DNA of 64,000 nt from Psammoneis japonica (taxonomy: Eukaryota), in the NCBI GenBank assembly GCA_008632985.1, contig QPGO01000194.1:62001-126000 (forward strand), read 5' to 3'. The notes under the pieces are model-generated. The model was not told the DNA's origin and did not search any database. It saw only the letters and a list, made by a program, of their open reading frames with translations. Within the stretch, counting starts at the first letter, position 1, and every line of letters begins with the position of its first letter. This document shows positions 1-12,803 of the stretch, one piece after another. The position numbers and the translations under genes were made by a program.

Positions 1-299
1 GACAGCTCTGTGGCTTTGTCACCAACATGGGAGTTGGGCCACACTGTTGGTGCCTTTTAGGATGAGCAGCACAGGAATGCTGTTGGCAACAACAGCATGA
101 CTTGCAAGTGGATTGTCCAACCCTGGTGCTGGAATGGACAGGTGCAGAACTTTCAGCATGATGGAGCTTGGGACCACCACAAGAGCCACCGGGTGGCAAG
201 GATGGACGCAAGCTCAGGGGCTTCCCATGGTGGACATTTGGTGGACACAACACAAAGGGCTGCAAGATGCTCATCAATGTGGGTGGGAGCCAGTGGAGA

Positions 300-1360
300 T
301 CACCAGTCTACAAAGAGAGAGGTTCAAGAGGTGACATGGAGAGAGCTTTTCCCAAAGGCAAAGTTCCTTGTCAAGGCAGACATGGCAAGCAGTGGCAAAG
401 TGTCATGGCTCATGCGGAAAAAGATGGCTGGTGGCAGTTTCAGCAAGGACAGGATTGCAGGAAGACTGGGCAAAGAAGAAAGGAGTGCATTGTGAATGCA
501 GTCAATGCAAAAAGGAACACTGTCACTCAGACGACAATGGAGAGTGCAATGGCTGGCAAGTGTTTTGTGATGCACGGCATGTTGAGTGAAGTGATGCTTA
601 ACACGACCCTTCTTTGGTGCAGTTGTGAGATGACAGAGCAGCAAGCCAAGGAATTGTGCAGTCAGAAGAGAGCTGCTGCAGAAAACCAAAGGAGGAAGAG
701 GAAGAAGAAGGCACAAGTGGAGGATGAAGAACCGCTCCTCCTGGCAACTTGGGATGATGAGACAGTGGACACCATTGTGGGGGAGAAGTGAAAGAACAAG
801 GAAGCATGTGCATGGTTCTACAATGACATCCTTAAATTCATGAAGACTGCAGTGTGGAGAAAGAAGGTGGAGCCGGGTGAGACCAAGGCTCCAGATCTAA
901 CTGTGGCAAGCAACAAGGCTCTGGGGCTGCTGACATTGGAAAACCACTGGAAGATTTGGGAGCACAAGGCCCTTCATGACAAGATTGTTGGAGGGGGGGC
1001 AGACACAGGGGACAAAGAGGAGGTGCAGTTGAAGCCATCACCCAACTGCATGGACCCAATGCAACAGCGTGACTCATGGAGTGATGAAGGAACACTGTGG
1101 TTCAACACCCCACTTGAGCAAGTGAAGGAGGGCAGGGCAAGTGGGGAAGGTGTGCAGTTCAACACACATGGTGCAGCAGCAGCGAGAAGAGGGAGAGCAA
1201 TGAAAAGGGCAAGGGAGCAAAAAAGAAGAAAATGCTGGTGGAGAAGGAGGCAAGGAAACAGGCAACAACAGAGCTTTCTAGTGACAATGAGGAGGACAAG
1301 GAAAAGAGGAAATGGAAAAGGACCAGAGCAACAAGGACAGCAAAGAAGAGGAAGAAGGAA
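300..1360 (+). pseudogene. Hypermutated relic of a probably TE-associated ORF, function unknown
   Basis: Protein-like segments across frames (TVASNKALGLLTLENHWKIW; WSDEGTLWFNTPLEQVKEGR). Apparent 67-nt intron 556-622 with GCAAGT donor (expected GTAAGT), CTTAAC branch point and TGCAG acceptor. Confidence 0.4.
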
Positions 1361-1744
1361 TTGAAACATTGACCAAGAATGAAGAAGATGAAAAAATGGG
1401 GCAAACTCTGGTGCAGTGAGGGAGCAGAGCCTGTTGTCAATGTGAGATTGGAAAACAGCAAAGCAATGCATTGGTGTTCATTGAAAACATTTACAAACTG
1501 GGAATGCAGCAATTCAGTGTTCATTGAGAGATGTTTCATGCTGTGGATTGACAAACAACTTGTGCCACACATTCCAAAAACAACATTGAATGTGTTTGTT
1601 GGCATCAATTGTTTTTGTCAAAAGGCTTTTTAAAGTCAAAAGTCTGCGGGCAAACAAGGAAGGCAATCTGAAGGGGAAATGGGGTGCATTTTCACAGTTG
1701 GTGGTTTTGTCTCATGGGACATGATGGTGGGGCTCCACAGCAAC

Positions 1745-2590
1745 ATTTTTTGTCTTTCATGTTTGATGAATTGTCACCACACACACAACTGTCAAGGTTT
1801 GAAACAATGGAATTTTGTGCTGCAATGGATTAAAAAATGACTGGGAGCAAGGTGGTCTGGATCACAGCAGTGCATGCTCTGATGAGGTTGGTTGGTGCTG
1901 TCATGGGGTTGTTTGCTTTGCTCTGGAGTTTGGAAGTTCAAATCTAATCTTGTTGGGGATGAGGTGACAAGGGGCCACAATGCCACAAGCAAGATCAACC
2001 TTGCAGCACCCTGCAACAGTTCTTAGAGTGTTTCTTGTCAGGGTCTGCCAGAGAACACTGGTGTCTTCTGCTGGCAATTGTTGGGTTGGTTGGTGCACCA
2101 TTGTGGGATCCCAGCATGCAGCAGACTTGGCTTTCTGCTGCTGTTGGGAACAAGGTGACATGGGGCCACATTGCCACAAGATCAACTTTGCAATGCTCAG
2201 GCACAGTTCTCCAAGTGTCACCTGGGGTCCACCAGAGACCACCGATGCCCTCAGCTTGCAGCTGTCAGGTTGGCTGGCACCATTGTGGGATTCATGCTCT
2301 CTGGAATTTTTGCAAAAGTCAAGTCTGTCACTGTTGGGGACAAGTTCTCAAAGTGTTGCCTGGAGTCAACTGGACATTGCCAGCACACTCAGCTTGCAGC
2401 TGTCCTCAGGTTGGTTGACACCATCATGGGGCCCTTTTGTTCTTGAGTTTGGAAGTTCAAGCATGCTGCTGTTGGGAACAAGGTGACACCGGGCACAACA
2501 TCACAAGATCTGCACCCATGGCCAGCCAGATGCTGTGTCAGTGTCCTCAGCTTGCAGCTGTTGGGTTGGTTGGTGGCATGGCCATTGTGC
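1745..2590 (-). repeat. Diverged inverted copy (~4 units plus flank) of the ~187-bp satellite family at 19.7-23.9 kb
   Basis: cctggggtccaccagagaccaccgatgccctcagcttgcagc (2221) matches the reverse complement of ~23221-23270 (ccctgggctccaccagagaccatcatcattgccctcatcctgcagc). The flank ttttgtgctgcaatggat resembles the reverse complement of 23755-23790. Confidence 0.75.
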
Positions 2591-3399
2591 ATGTGTGAAT
2601 CAGCTGCAAAGCAGCCCCACAGACACAAGCAAGAAACAAACTGCACGGGCCAGCACAAATTGACTGTGATCACAGAAACTGAGAAACCACAAAGCTTTTT
2701 CAAAAACACATGCACTGCATCTGATGGAAACAATCATGTTCAACATGATCCAGCTGCTTCACAAATGACAACCTGCAAGCAAAATGCTTTGGCAATGAAG
2801 ACCAACAACAAAATGATTCATTGAAGTTGACTCAAATGGTTTGAAACTTTGAAAATTGGGAATGCAACACAAGGCTTAAAACAAAAAGAACAACTTGCAA
2901 AATGACAAAGGCAATGAGTGATCACCAGGCTAACCAGCTCAGCTCCATGGCAAAAAGGCACATCATTGTGCCACACAAAGCAGCACAAAAACACAAGATG
3001 CATCCAAGCAGCACACAAACAATGGCAACATTGCAGGAAGGTGCCAACAATGCACCAGGACCATGCACACACCAACAAAGAAATGCCATGGGAGAGGTCA
3101 AAAGTGCAACATGGGAGCTGCCAAATGACAACAAGTGGAACCTTTTGCACTTTTTTTGTTTCTTGAAACTCAGGCAAGTTGGCAAAAACAGCCAAGGACA
3201 AGAAACAGAGTGCTGCAACATTGCGCACAGGTGTCAGCAGATTGTGCCACACTTGCCAAAGAAAACATGCCAAACAGAAACTGTCCTCTGCCAGGGAGTT
3301 TTGCTTCCACATCATCTCACAATGAAAAGCTGCAAATTTCAAACCTCTCTTTTAACACTGAACATGAGATGCTCTCACTGATGCTTCTGTTCCTTTGAC

Positions 3400-5100
3400 T
3401 GCAACACAATTTGCAGATGAGCACAATTGTGGTCTTGCAATTTTTTGTCAAACACACCACTGTTTGTGGCTTTTAAAAACTTTTCAGCAATGAACAATCC
3501 AGTTCGCACATCTCTGTGATTTTGTGATTCATTTCCAACTCCGATGTGACTCAAGTTGAAGGTGCATTTCTCATGGCTCCTCGGATTGATCCTGTGCATG
3601 ATGCTGTGCCAGATGTCAAGTCTCCACAATGCTTTTGGGCCATGTCTGCACGGCCGTTGCTGTGATTTTGACAAAAATTCTCATCACCCATGAAATCAGC
3701 AATTTCAAGATGGATTTGTGCAGACATGCAACACAAGTCAAGTCGACCATGGGATTGGTTGTGGTGGTGGCAACATTTAACACCAAATGCAAGAAACACC
3801 TGGAGTGCATGTTAAAACCTCATCATGATCATGAGGTGGCTGTGGGCACTAAAACAAGGGATCTTCATTCAATGCCTTCAATCATCATCTGAACTTTTTG
3901 CTCAATTTCTTTGTTCCTTCTGCATCTGACATGACAGCAAATGTTTTGAAGGTCTAAAGTGGGGTGCACTGTGCAGGCACCCATGACTTGGACATGTTCA
4001 ATGAAGATGACATAGAAAGGCATGAGCTCTTTCTTTGGAAACATTTTCCATGTCAAAAACAAAAGCAAACGCGGCAATCCTTGCTTTCAAGATCGTTTGT
4101 GACAATCAAATCAACTCAATGCCGCCTTAATCCATCCAAAAGTTCCAATCAATGGCTCAAGCGCCTCACTCCATGCCTGAATGAGACAATCCTGGGCAGT
4201 TGTCAGGTGCCAAAAATCTGTGGGAGTTTCTGAGGAGCCACAAGCAGTTGGACCTTGGATCCTGTGAATGTGCCAGCTCCCACCAAATTGATTCAGAGCA
4301 TGGCTTAAATTGTTCATGTTGTCTGCAAACAGGCATTTTCAAGCAGTCAATGCTTCTAAGATTGTGGGATCAAACTGCAGAAAATGCTGCCAGTGACAGG
4401 CAAATGACAACAGCTGGCCGGAACCTTTCTGTTGGACACCATTCTCATCATTTTGCATGTGCTGAACGATGCATCATTTTTTAACAACATAGATTGAACA
4501 CTTTGTAGAATGGCACAGGAAGCATCTGCTGTGCAGAAGGATGTCCAGCATGAGCCATGGCAAAAGTCAACAAACACAATTGGCAACATTGAAGCCCAGA
4601 AGTGGGATTGATCCAGTTCTTGGTGTGTGCAGGCAGTTCTCTCTGCAAGGCTCCAAGTGCTGGAAATCATTGCTGCAATGATGAGAACAGCTTTGTTAAA
4701 GATCCACATGACAAACAAGCATGGACCAGTGCTTTTAATTGCCAGTTGCAGCTGGGAGTCATCTCCCATCTTGCAAATTGTCTCCAGTGGCAGATTCACA
4801 GAATTGTGGGTCCACCAGCTTGCGGGTCCTCGCATCCTTGAATTGCTCTTTTGCTTCCTTGCCTTGCCCAAAGTTGCTTCCTTCATTGCCCAAAGGTGCT
4901 GCACAATCATTGAACAACACCTTCTCCAGGATTTCTCCACATTCTGAGTTGATCAGGCAGTTGCAACAGGACCAAGGCAATGGATGCACTTTTGCATGAG
5001 CTTTTGGTTTTGGCTCAGAATCACCTCCCATGACAGTTGGGATGTTTTCCCCTTCATCTTGATCACAAATGTCAACAAGGGATTGTTCTTCCATGCCACA
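3400..5100 (-). mobile_element. Possible Zisupton/DUF6729-like transposase relic
   Basis: Minus-strand fragments FLQFDPTILEAL and WRLDIWHSIMHRI resemble, in the expected order, the F.S.D..IL..LP and RLDIWH.M.R motifs of DUF6729/Zisupton-type transposases. Heavily frameshifted. Confidence 0.35.
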
Positions 5101-5499
5101 CCTTCAACAATGGACCTTGAGAACATTGCCTGAAGTTGTTGGAAGCAGCAACAATGGGTGAAACATGTTGGCGACAGCAAAAAAGTCATTTTTTGCTCTG
5201 CAAGTGGCAAAAGCAGCAATGTTTTAGCACAACATGTTAGATGCATGAGTCAACAATGAGATCAAACCAATGCATTGTCACTTTTGATGCAAGAATGCAA
5301 GCAACAATGTTTTTGCTGATGAACGGCAACTCACCATTTTTGTTCAGCAACTTTTGTGCATTTTCTGCACTGAAGCATGTTGGAGGCAGATCTGAAATCT
5401 CTGCCCCCCAAAAAGAAGGAAGTTTTTCAGTGCTGCCGTAGAATCATCCACATGGAAATGATGTCACAGTGCAAAATGCCATTTTCGCACAGCAGTGTG

Positions 5500-6200
5500 C
5501 ACTCTGCGAGCATCGTGTCTCCTGCATCTGTTGTGTTTCCTGTGAGAAAGCCATCCACAGTGGTTGCTGTTGGTTCCCTGGCATCACATGCCAAATTGGC
5601 GGAACTTCCCCAAGAAGTCAAGGATGTCTCACTTCAACCCCCAAGCATTTTTTGTGGCAACTCCATTGTTTTGTGCAATGGCAGCATCATTCACAAGACA
5701 GAGTGATTGTCTTCTCTTCCCAAGATTGAACCAATGCTGTCACCAACTCTGATGATGTTGTTGTTTGATGTGGATGACTGCGGCCACTGCATGGACATGC
5801 ACCCCATTCCCTCAACTTCAGATTTTTGGCATGGCCATCATTGATTTTGGATCTGCAACACCACCAATGCCTCCATTGTCCAAACAAGACCAACGGCAGT
5901 GGGGCAATTGTGCAAGAGGGCCATCGAGGTTTGTTGCCATCCACCTCTCCAACTCTTCCAGCGCACAAACATGATGGATCTGGTCACATCCACCCCCTTG
6001 GTTGCAGATGATGATCCAAGCCTGTCTCTTCAGAAGACATCAAAACACAGCACCAAGCATGAGAATGAGTTGGTGCAGCACACAATTGACTGCCATGACA
6101 TGCCCATGATGGGCATCCCTTTGCACAGTGTTTCAGCTCAAACGTCACTCACAGTGCACCCATTTTCTTCCAACATGGACACAACTTGTGGCTCTGTTCC
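5500..6200 (+). mobile_element. Internal fragment of the LTR-element family seen at 24779-27501
   Basis: QIFGMAIIDFGSATPPMPPLSKQDQRQWGNCARGP aligns with QIFGSAIENFRHTMPPILPLSEQDQWKQGSCERGP at ~26225-26330. Confidence 0.7.
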
Positions 6201-6299
6201 CTCTTCTCATTCAAGCATCCATGTTGGATCAAGGTGCATTGCATCCACTGGTTTGACTGGTGTGTTGTGTGTGCCATCTTTTGGCCATTTCTACCTGCA

Positions 6300-9200
6300 T
6301 GTTGACACTTGCATCTTGCAGTTTTTGCCATTGCTTTCAAGTGATTGTCCTGCAAGACATGTCCAAGACTTGCCAAAATGTCTTGACAAATGCCTTTGTT
6401 TGTCACAGGGCCACATTTGCAATTGTCGTCATCCAAGGACCACCACCCCAAGCCTTTCAATGACTTCAACTGCAAACCACAATCAACCGACATTCTTTCT
6501 GCTTTTTTTCTTGAAGAACCTTTGTCATTGATGACGTTTCATCCAATGGCATCCACTGCAGTTGCTGTTGAGCCTCCCTGCCATCTGTGAGAGACTTGTG
6601 CAACACTTGCGCACATTGACTGGGATTTTCTCATGACTTTGGAGTGTTTGCATGATAGAATCACTCTCCTGCTCCTCAAGAATGCCACAATGGCAACAGT
6701 TCTCCAAGATGCATCTGGCCTGATCAACCCCAAAACTGCTGGCACTCCCGATGTGATGCAAGTTTGGCTAATTTTTGAATCAACTGCTCTGAGCATTGAT
6801 CATTTGGGGGCATCAACAACACATGCTGATGATGCACTTGGTGTGGATGCTCAGATGGATCCCACGAGTGCAAATTCACAGGATGTCAAGTCTGCCATGT
6901 CTGACATTTAAAGTTGATGCTGGCCGGCAATCTCTTCTCAGCAGCCATTTGACTTTGAATCCCACTGAACAGTCCCACCCATCTCCCAGGGCCGGGAAAC
7001 AGTGGCACCATGCATGCTCCCTTTTCTGCAAAGATGATTCATTGGAATTGTGACATCCTCCAGGACAGTGGGCAGTGCTGGCAACCAAGGTGCGCATGTC
7101 CCACACAGCACATTACAAGCCTTCAGAAGACTGTCTCTGCATTTGTGCAGATTCAGGTTTTCAGACATTTCCAGTGATCAATGGATGCACTGTGACTGCA
7201 GATGCTTTGGAGACAGTCTCCAATGTCTCTCCTGCAGCTTCCCCAGCATTGGCACATGCCACCTGCACCAGTTGTTGGCAAACAACTTCCCCAGGCACAT
7301 TGGTTTCCCTGCCATCTGCTCCTCTGGCTCCCAACAATTTCATGGCAATGTTGCAATCTCTCCCCAAATGGGAGTCCTTGTTGTTTGGTGATTTGACCAC
7401 ACACATGTCAGTGTTTGAGACTGCAGACCTGCTTGTCCATCATTGTGCCACTGTGGTCAGTGATGGATCTGTTCTTAATTTTCTGGGTGCATTTGGTTGG
7501 ACACTTGCAGTTGACGGCACTCCATTGGTGGATTGTGCTGGCCCAGGCAACTGGTTTTCGTCAATCATCTTACCCAGCCGAAGTGCGCGGAATGTTGTCT
7601 TTCCTCAATTTCTTGTTTCAGTTGATGCAATGTTGTTGCAAAATGCTTGCCAAAGGTGCGGACATGCACTGTGATGACTCCTCACTTGTGTGCAATGTTT
7701 CCAATTTCCGGGCTTCTCCCTGTTTTGCCAATGATGAGGCAGTTCAAGGTGCCAGAGACTGTCAGCAGCAACATCACATTGCCGGCACTCTCTCCACAGA
7801 TTGGGATGCATTGCATGAAAGTTTTCATTCCATGCAACAAATTTTGAAATGTCTCATGATGAACAGCATGGCACCAACGTCTCTGTCCACCAGGTCAAGG
7901 GACACCAAGATGACATGACACCCATGGATTCCTTGGCCTTGGCAGCTTGGTTGAATGTCAGAGCCAACAGGCTGGCAGGGCAGTGCCAAGGTCATTGCTT
8001 TGGAGACATCCTGTTTGTGCCTTGCATGCCTCATTGCAATGCCAACCTGATTGTCAATGGTGCCACAATGTCAGCCAAGCACAAGCCGGTCATTTGATGT
8101 GATGCATCCAGCCTGGCTCTGGTTTGTCACATGAAAGACAAGCATGGATGGTCTGACAAAATCTGTGGGATGATCAATTGGGAGGCACGTGCCAAACCAA
8201 TGTCTTGAAATGTCCACCGGAAAGTTGGCACTGTCAAACTGGTGCAGGAACTTCTCCCAACAAACAAAACTGTCCACTGGTGCAACCCCACTCACCCAGA
8301 TTGCTGCATTCACTGTCAAGATCCAATGGAAGACAGAGACCACATTCTTTGTTGTCCACACAATGAGGCATGGCACCAAACATTTCTACAAGGACTGTGC
8401 AAGAAGTGCAATGACATCTGTGCATCCCCATCTTTACGTGATTTGATTCTTTCTGCCATGAAGTCGTGGTTCCAAGTGGAGTTGCTTTGCGCCAATGACC
8501 TTCATCACAGTGTGGTGTCAGTCTTCCAGTCTCAGGAGCAAATCAGATGGCATCAGCTGTTCAATGGATGTTTTTCCAAAGCTTGGAATGTGGCTCAAAC
8601 CTTGCATCTGTTGACAAGCAGCACTCATCAGAACCTCTCTGAACATGAGAAGAGATTGGATTGGGCAGCTGCCATCGGCAATTGCATTTGGGAGCAGTGG
8701 TGGGAGTTGTGGGAAAACGCTTCATGGTTCAGAAACAAGGCAGTCCTCCCAGCGTTGGGGTGCCAAAGTGGAGGTGAAAGCTGTGTGCTTGAGATCAGAC
8801 GATTGTCTGGCAAGAGACAGGGTGCATCTGTTGGATTCGGTTGAAGAACATTTGACACATTCTGCACATTGTCTCTGCAATTGGCTGGCTGTGGTCAGGC
8901 CAATGATTGAATCAAGCATTGGAGAAGCAAAATGGTTTGCTGCAGGAGGCACGAGAACCATTGCAAGTTGTTTTGGTGTGGCATCACCCTCGCGTGATGC
9001 CAATTTGGGCCAGTTGCCATGTGCTCCTGCTGCACTGTTAGTGTGCTGGAGGTGTGGCTTGGCTTGTTGCTGGAGTTGCAGGGTGGAAGCACAGCAGCAC
9101 TTTAAACATGGAATTTTGGTTTTGTTTTGCCATGTCTGACATGATGCCCATCAGTGTGCCATCTGCTGTGGTTGATGGATCCTCAGTGTTGGTCATTGAA

Positions 9201-10800
9201 TTGGTGGCATTTTCTGCAGATGTCAGTGCCAGTCTGCTTTAGACCTCTCAGGTTTTTGGTTCTGGCAACTCCAATGTTGCATGCAATGGTGGTCATGCTC
9301 CTCCAAAGGATGGAACATGCTCCATTGCCAAGGTTGCATCTGAGCTGCTTGCCTCCTGTGCAATGCCATTGGGTGATGCTCATGAAAGCTGCAAGAAATC
9401 TGTTGATTGTCAAGTTTTTTTGCACCCGGATTTTTGGTTCGGCCGTCGTCAATGTTGGACATGCGATGCCATCATTCCTTCTCTCATTTGCACTAGACCA
9501 GTGGAAGTGAGGCAATGGAAAATGAGTGCCATGGAAAATGAGTGCCGCCAAGCATTGTTGCCTTCCACTGCGTGACCTCTTCCCTGCACCATCCAGACTG
9601 TTGGCCTGCTGTGTTGCATTTTTCATGGTGCTCTCGACCTCCCCACCATCATTGATGATGATCCTGCATTTAAGATCCGGGAGGGATCAACACAGTGCAG
9701 AGGAGGCACACAAGGCTTTTCAGTGTTTGAGATTAGACCAAGATGCCACATTTGGTGATCGGCATTTGCAAGTCCATGGATGCTCACCTGCCCAGCATTC
9801 ACCTTCTTTCTGTGTCAAGTTGCTCCAGGCTGCATCCCATTGCAGCAAAGAGGAAGCCTGCAGGTCCAACGGAAGTGGAGTGACCCTGCAAGAGGGCTAC
9901 AAAGTCTCATCACCTTCTGCCTCAACACATCTTTTGTTCACTGACAAGACCATTGTGGCATCAAATGGCATTTTTCCTGGTGCTCCCAACCTGTTGACCA
10001 TCACAGATGATGACCCTGTGCATTGTGAACAGGGGAGAGATCCCTGTGGTGCAGTGCAAGCACACAAGGCTGTTCAGCATGCAAGATTTTTCAAGCTGCC
10101 ATGTCTGATGGCCAAGACATGCACATGCTGCCATCCTCACCTGTTGTGTGCACATGTTTTTCCAATGTTGAGGACTTTTACAATGCATTTTCTTTGTCCA
10201 ATGTGTTTTTCAAGGATGAAGCAAAATGTGACAGAGGTGCTGCTTTGTCCAGTGGGCTTCTTCCATTTTATTTTTGCCACAGCATGCACCATGGTGAATT
10301 TCCATCCAGCCCCATTTTGCTGGATGAGATTCAGCAAAACATTGTGATTCACCAGAATGTCCCTGGCTTGCCTTTGCCTTCAATCATTTGTTGACCAACA
10401 GAATTCTTCCTTCAATCAAGACTCAGTTGACATGCAAGAATTGTTGGAAACTGCCTTTGATTTTTTTGTCCAAAACTTCAATGGATCAGCACATGTGCCC
10501 TGCTGCCATTGGCTTGAAGACTTTTTGGAGATGTGTCGTTGCCCTGTGGGTGGTTCTTTTGTGTTTGCGAGTTGAGCTTGGACACTTTGTTTTGTCATCC
10601 AGTCTGTTCTCACACATCATCCCTGTTCTTTTGTTGACCTTCATTGTCTTCTGCATTTTGACATTGCAGATCAGGGGAGGGTGTCAGTCTGCCTGTTGTG
10701 CAATGGACAGACTGTGTGCAGATGATGACTGGCTGGCTGGACCTCTCAGATGGGTGAGCAGATCTCTCTGAGATCTGCCTCTCATTCTCTTCTGCTGGCA
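6300..10800 (+). mobile_element. Second, diverged copy of the LTR element, interrupted by a LINE
   Basis: DALGVDAQMDP..VKSAMSD|MMPISVPSAVVDGSS aligns across the LINE with DALTVDSRMDP..IKSTVSVVEPVGKPSTDIDAGS. IFPGAPNLLTI and SNVFFK are shared. PPT atcaggggaggg is followed by TG at 10682. Confidence 0.75.
6908..9127 (+). mobile_element. 5'-truncated non-LTR retrotransposon (RNase H plus C-terminal CCHC region) with 15-bp TSD
   Basis: RNase H motifs VSDGS..GAFGW, SSY(P)AE.GMLS, (H)CDD, VKGHQDD, LNVRANRLA. Zinc knuckle C..C....EDRDHILCC, then WHQLFNG.FSKAW. tgccatgtctgacat is duplicated at 6893-6907 and 9128-9142. Confidence 0.9.
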
Positions 10801-11309
10801 CTCATGACATCATTGTCCCAATGCTTGGGGAGTCTTTCATGTTGTCATCATCATCATCATTGCCCTTTGGCATTCTGTTGCAGCCATCATGCTTGGCAAC
10901 CACACTCAGCAATCACACTCAGCAACACACCAGGATGTGCAAAATCCACACAAATTTGGAAACAATGCCCAATTTGATGATTGTTGGGATCAGGTCTTGC
11001 AAGTGCCATGAAGGTGTTGACTCGAGTGACAGAGTTTTCAAACAGCCATTTTTCAGTGATTGTCAACAACCACTGAACCACCCCCTTTGGTTTCTCAATG
11101 TTGCTTTTGGGTGTTGGAGGGAAGTTTTGCAAGTTGAGTTTTTGCATGCAATCTTTGTCATGCACATTTGAAACCTTCGTCATGAACTTGCAATGCATTG
11201 ATTGTGATCTCACAAGACAACCACAATGTGGAGCAGACTGCAACACATTTCTCTGGCTCTCACAGCCTCCATGACAGATCAACTGCAGTGCCATCAAAAT
11301 GGCATCACC

Positions 11310-12615
11310 ATGTCATCTTCCAAGTTGGATTGCTTGTCCAGGTGCACATCGGTGCAGAGTAAAATGAGGAAAGACAAGAAGAAACAGAAAAAGAAGAAAG
11401 ACAAAAATGACAAATCTGCTGTGCAAGTCATTCATGATGATGGGTGCAACAAGCTTCCTCCCATGCAAAAAAAACACAACAGTTTGGAAGAGGAGCTGGT
11501 TGTTGTTGTGGTCTCAGAGGAGAAATGCCAAAGAAGAAACAGGAATGGGAGGCAGTGGACAGTTGTGATTCTCACCCGACATGATTCTGATGATCCAAAT
11601 GACAGCAGCAGAGGAGATTTGCCACCAAGACAAAGAAAGCATCACAACTCACTGAGTGCATCACCTCCTTGCACAAAAAGCCATCAGGCAGTGACAGCAG
11701 TGCACAGGCTTGTGTGTAACATCAGATGGCAAGGATTCTCCTGCAAGAAGATGCTGGAGACATGACTCAAGTGACACCAGCTCTCCTCCTCCCAGAAGAA
11801 GGCACAGGCATGGTTCAGACCATGTGCAACAACCAGCAGCAGGGATCACATTCAGCGATTTGTCCTTCCATTGATGTGGCATCACTTTGTCAGTCATGCA
11901 GCACAATGACAAATTGGGCCAACTTGATTCAAAGTTGCAAAGAGTTCTTTTGCAGCCGCTTGGCTGGGACCCTGACAGGAGACATGAGCTTCCTCCTGCA
12001 CAAGAATGTCACAGTTTTTAGAAGAAGAGCTGGTTGTTGTTGTTGTGGATGCAGAAGACAGAAGAAATGCCAAAGAAGACATGGGAGGATGTGGACAGTC
12101 ATGATTCTGACCTGACACAATGACAGCACAGCAGAGGCAATTTGCCACCAAGACAAAGAAAGCATCACAACTTGCCAAGTGCATTGCCTCCTCCCAGAAA
12201 AAGTCATGATTCAGACAGTGGAAGCAGTGTGCAGGCTTGCAAGTGACACAGACATGACTCAGATGACAATGAGAATTCTCCTCCAAGGAGATGCCAAAGA
12301 CATGATTCAGACAACAGCTCTTCTCCTCCTGGAAGAAGGCACAGACATGACCCAGACAATTGAAGTCCCCATCTCCCCTCCAAGATGCCGCCACAGACAT
12401 GACTCTTCTGACAACAACAGCAGCTGCAATTTCTGCAAGACAGAAAACTGGTTGCAGCAGGAAAAGAAATGAGAAGCCCAACTCATGGCAGATTGACAAG
12501 TTGAGTTGAGTGAAATGCAAACTGAGTCCTTTGCATGGTGGCCTGATCATGGAGACTTAGAAGACATGAGAAAGAATGAGATTCATGCAGAAGAAACCAT
12601 GGCTGCACATTCAAT
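11310..12615 (+). pseudogene. BUD13: Hypermutated copy of splicing factor BUD13/CWC26 with an internal duplication
   Basis: MSSSKLDCLSRCTS..KKKKK..VQVIHDD matches the K..YL.RY.S N-terminus with Y->C. Multiple RHDS..SPP repeats. C-terminal EMQTESFAW..DHGDLEDMRKNEIHAEETMA resembles PLAR..DD..L....REGDPMA. 11488-11820 is duplicated at ~12022-12357. Confidence 0.8.
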
Positions 12616-12619
12616 GGTG

Positions 12620-12803
12620 TGAACAGACTGCTGGTGGGGAAAGGTGGGCAGCTGGCCATGTAGATTTGGTTTTTGGATCCAATTCTCAGCTTCAAGCAAT
12701 TGCTGAGTGCTGTGCCTGTGGCTGTTTGCAAAGCATGTTTGCAAGCAATTTTGCCAAGGCACGAACAAAGATTGTGAATCTTGGTCATTTGACCAGGTTG
12801 TGA
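12620..12803 (+). pseudogene. katG: C-terminal fragment of catalase-peroxidase
   Basis: WAAGHVDLVFGSNSQLQAIAECCAC...FAKARTKIVNLGH matches the KatG C-terminus WTA.RVDLVFGSNSQLRA.AE.YA...F..AWTKVMNLDRF. Confidence 0.85.

Noticed and set aside
12620..12803. Bacterial contamination or recent HGT of katG
   Set aside because: Catalase-peroxidases occur in stramenopile nuclear genomes, and the fragment shares the local mutation pattern and is joined to a eukaryotic gene.
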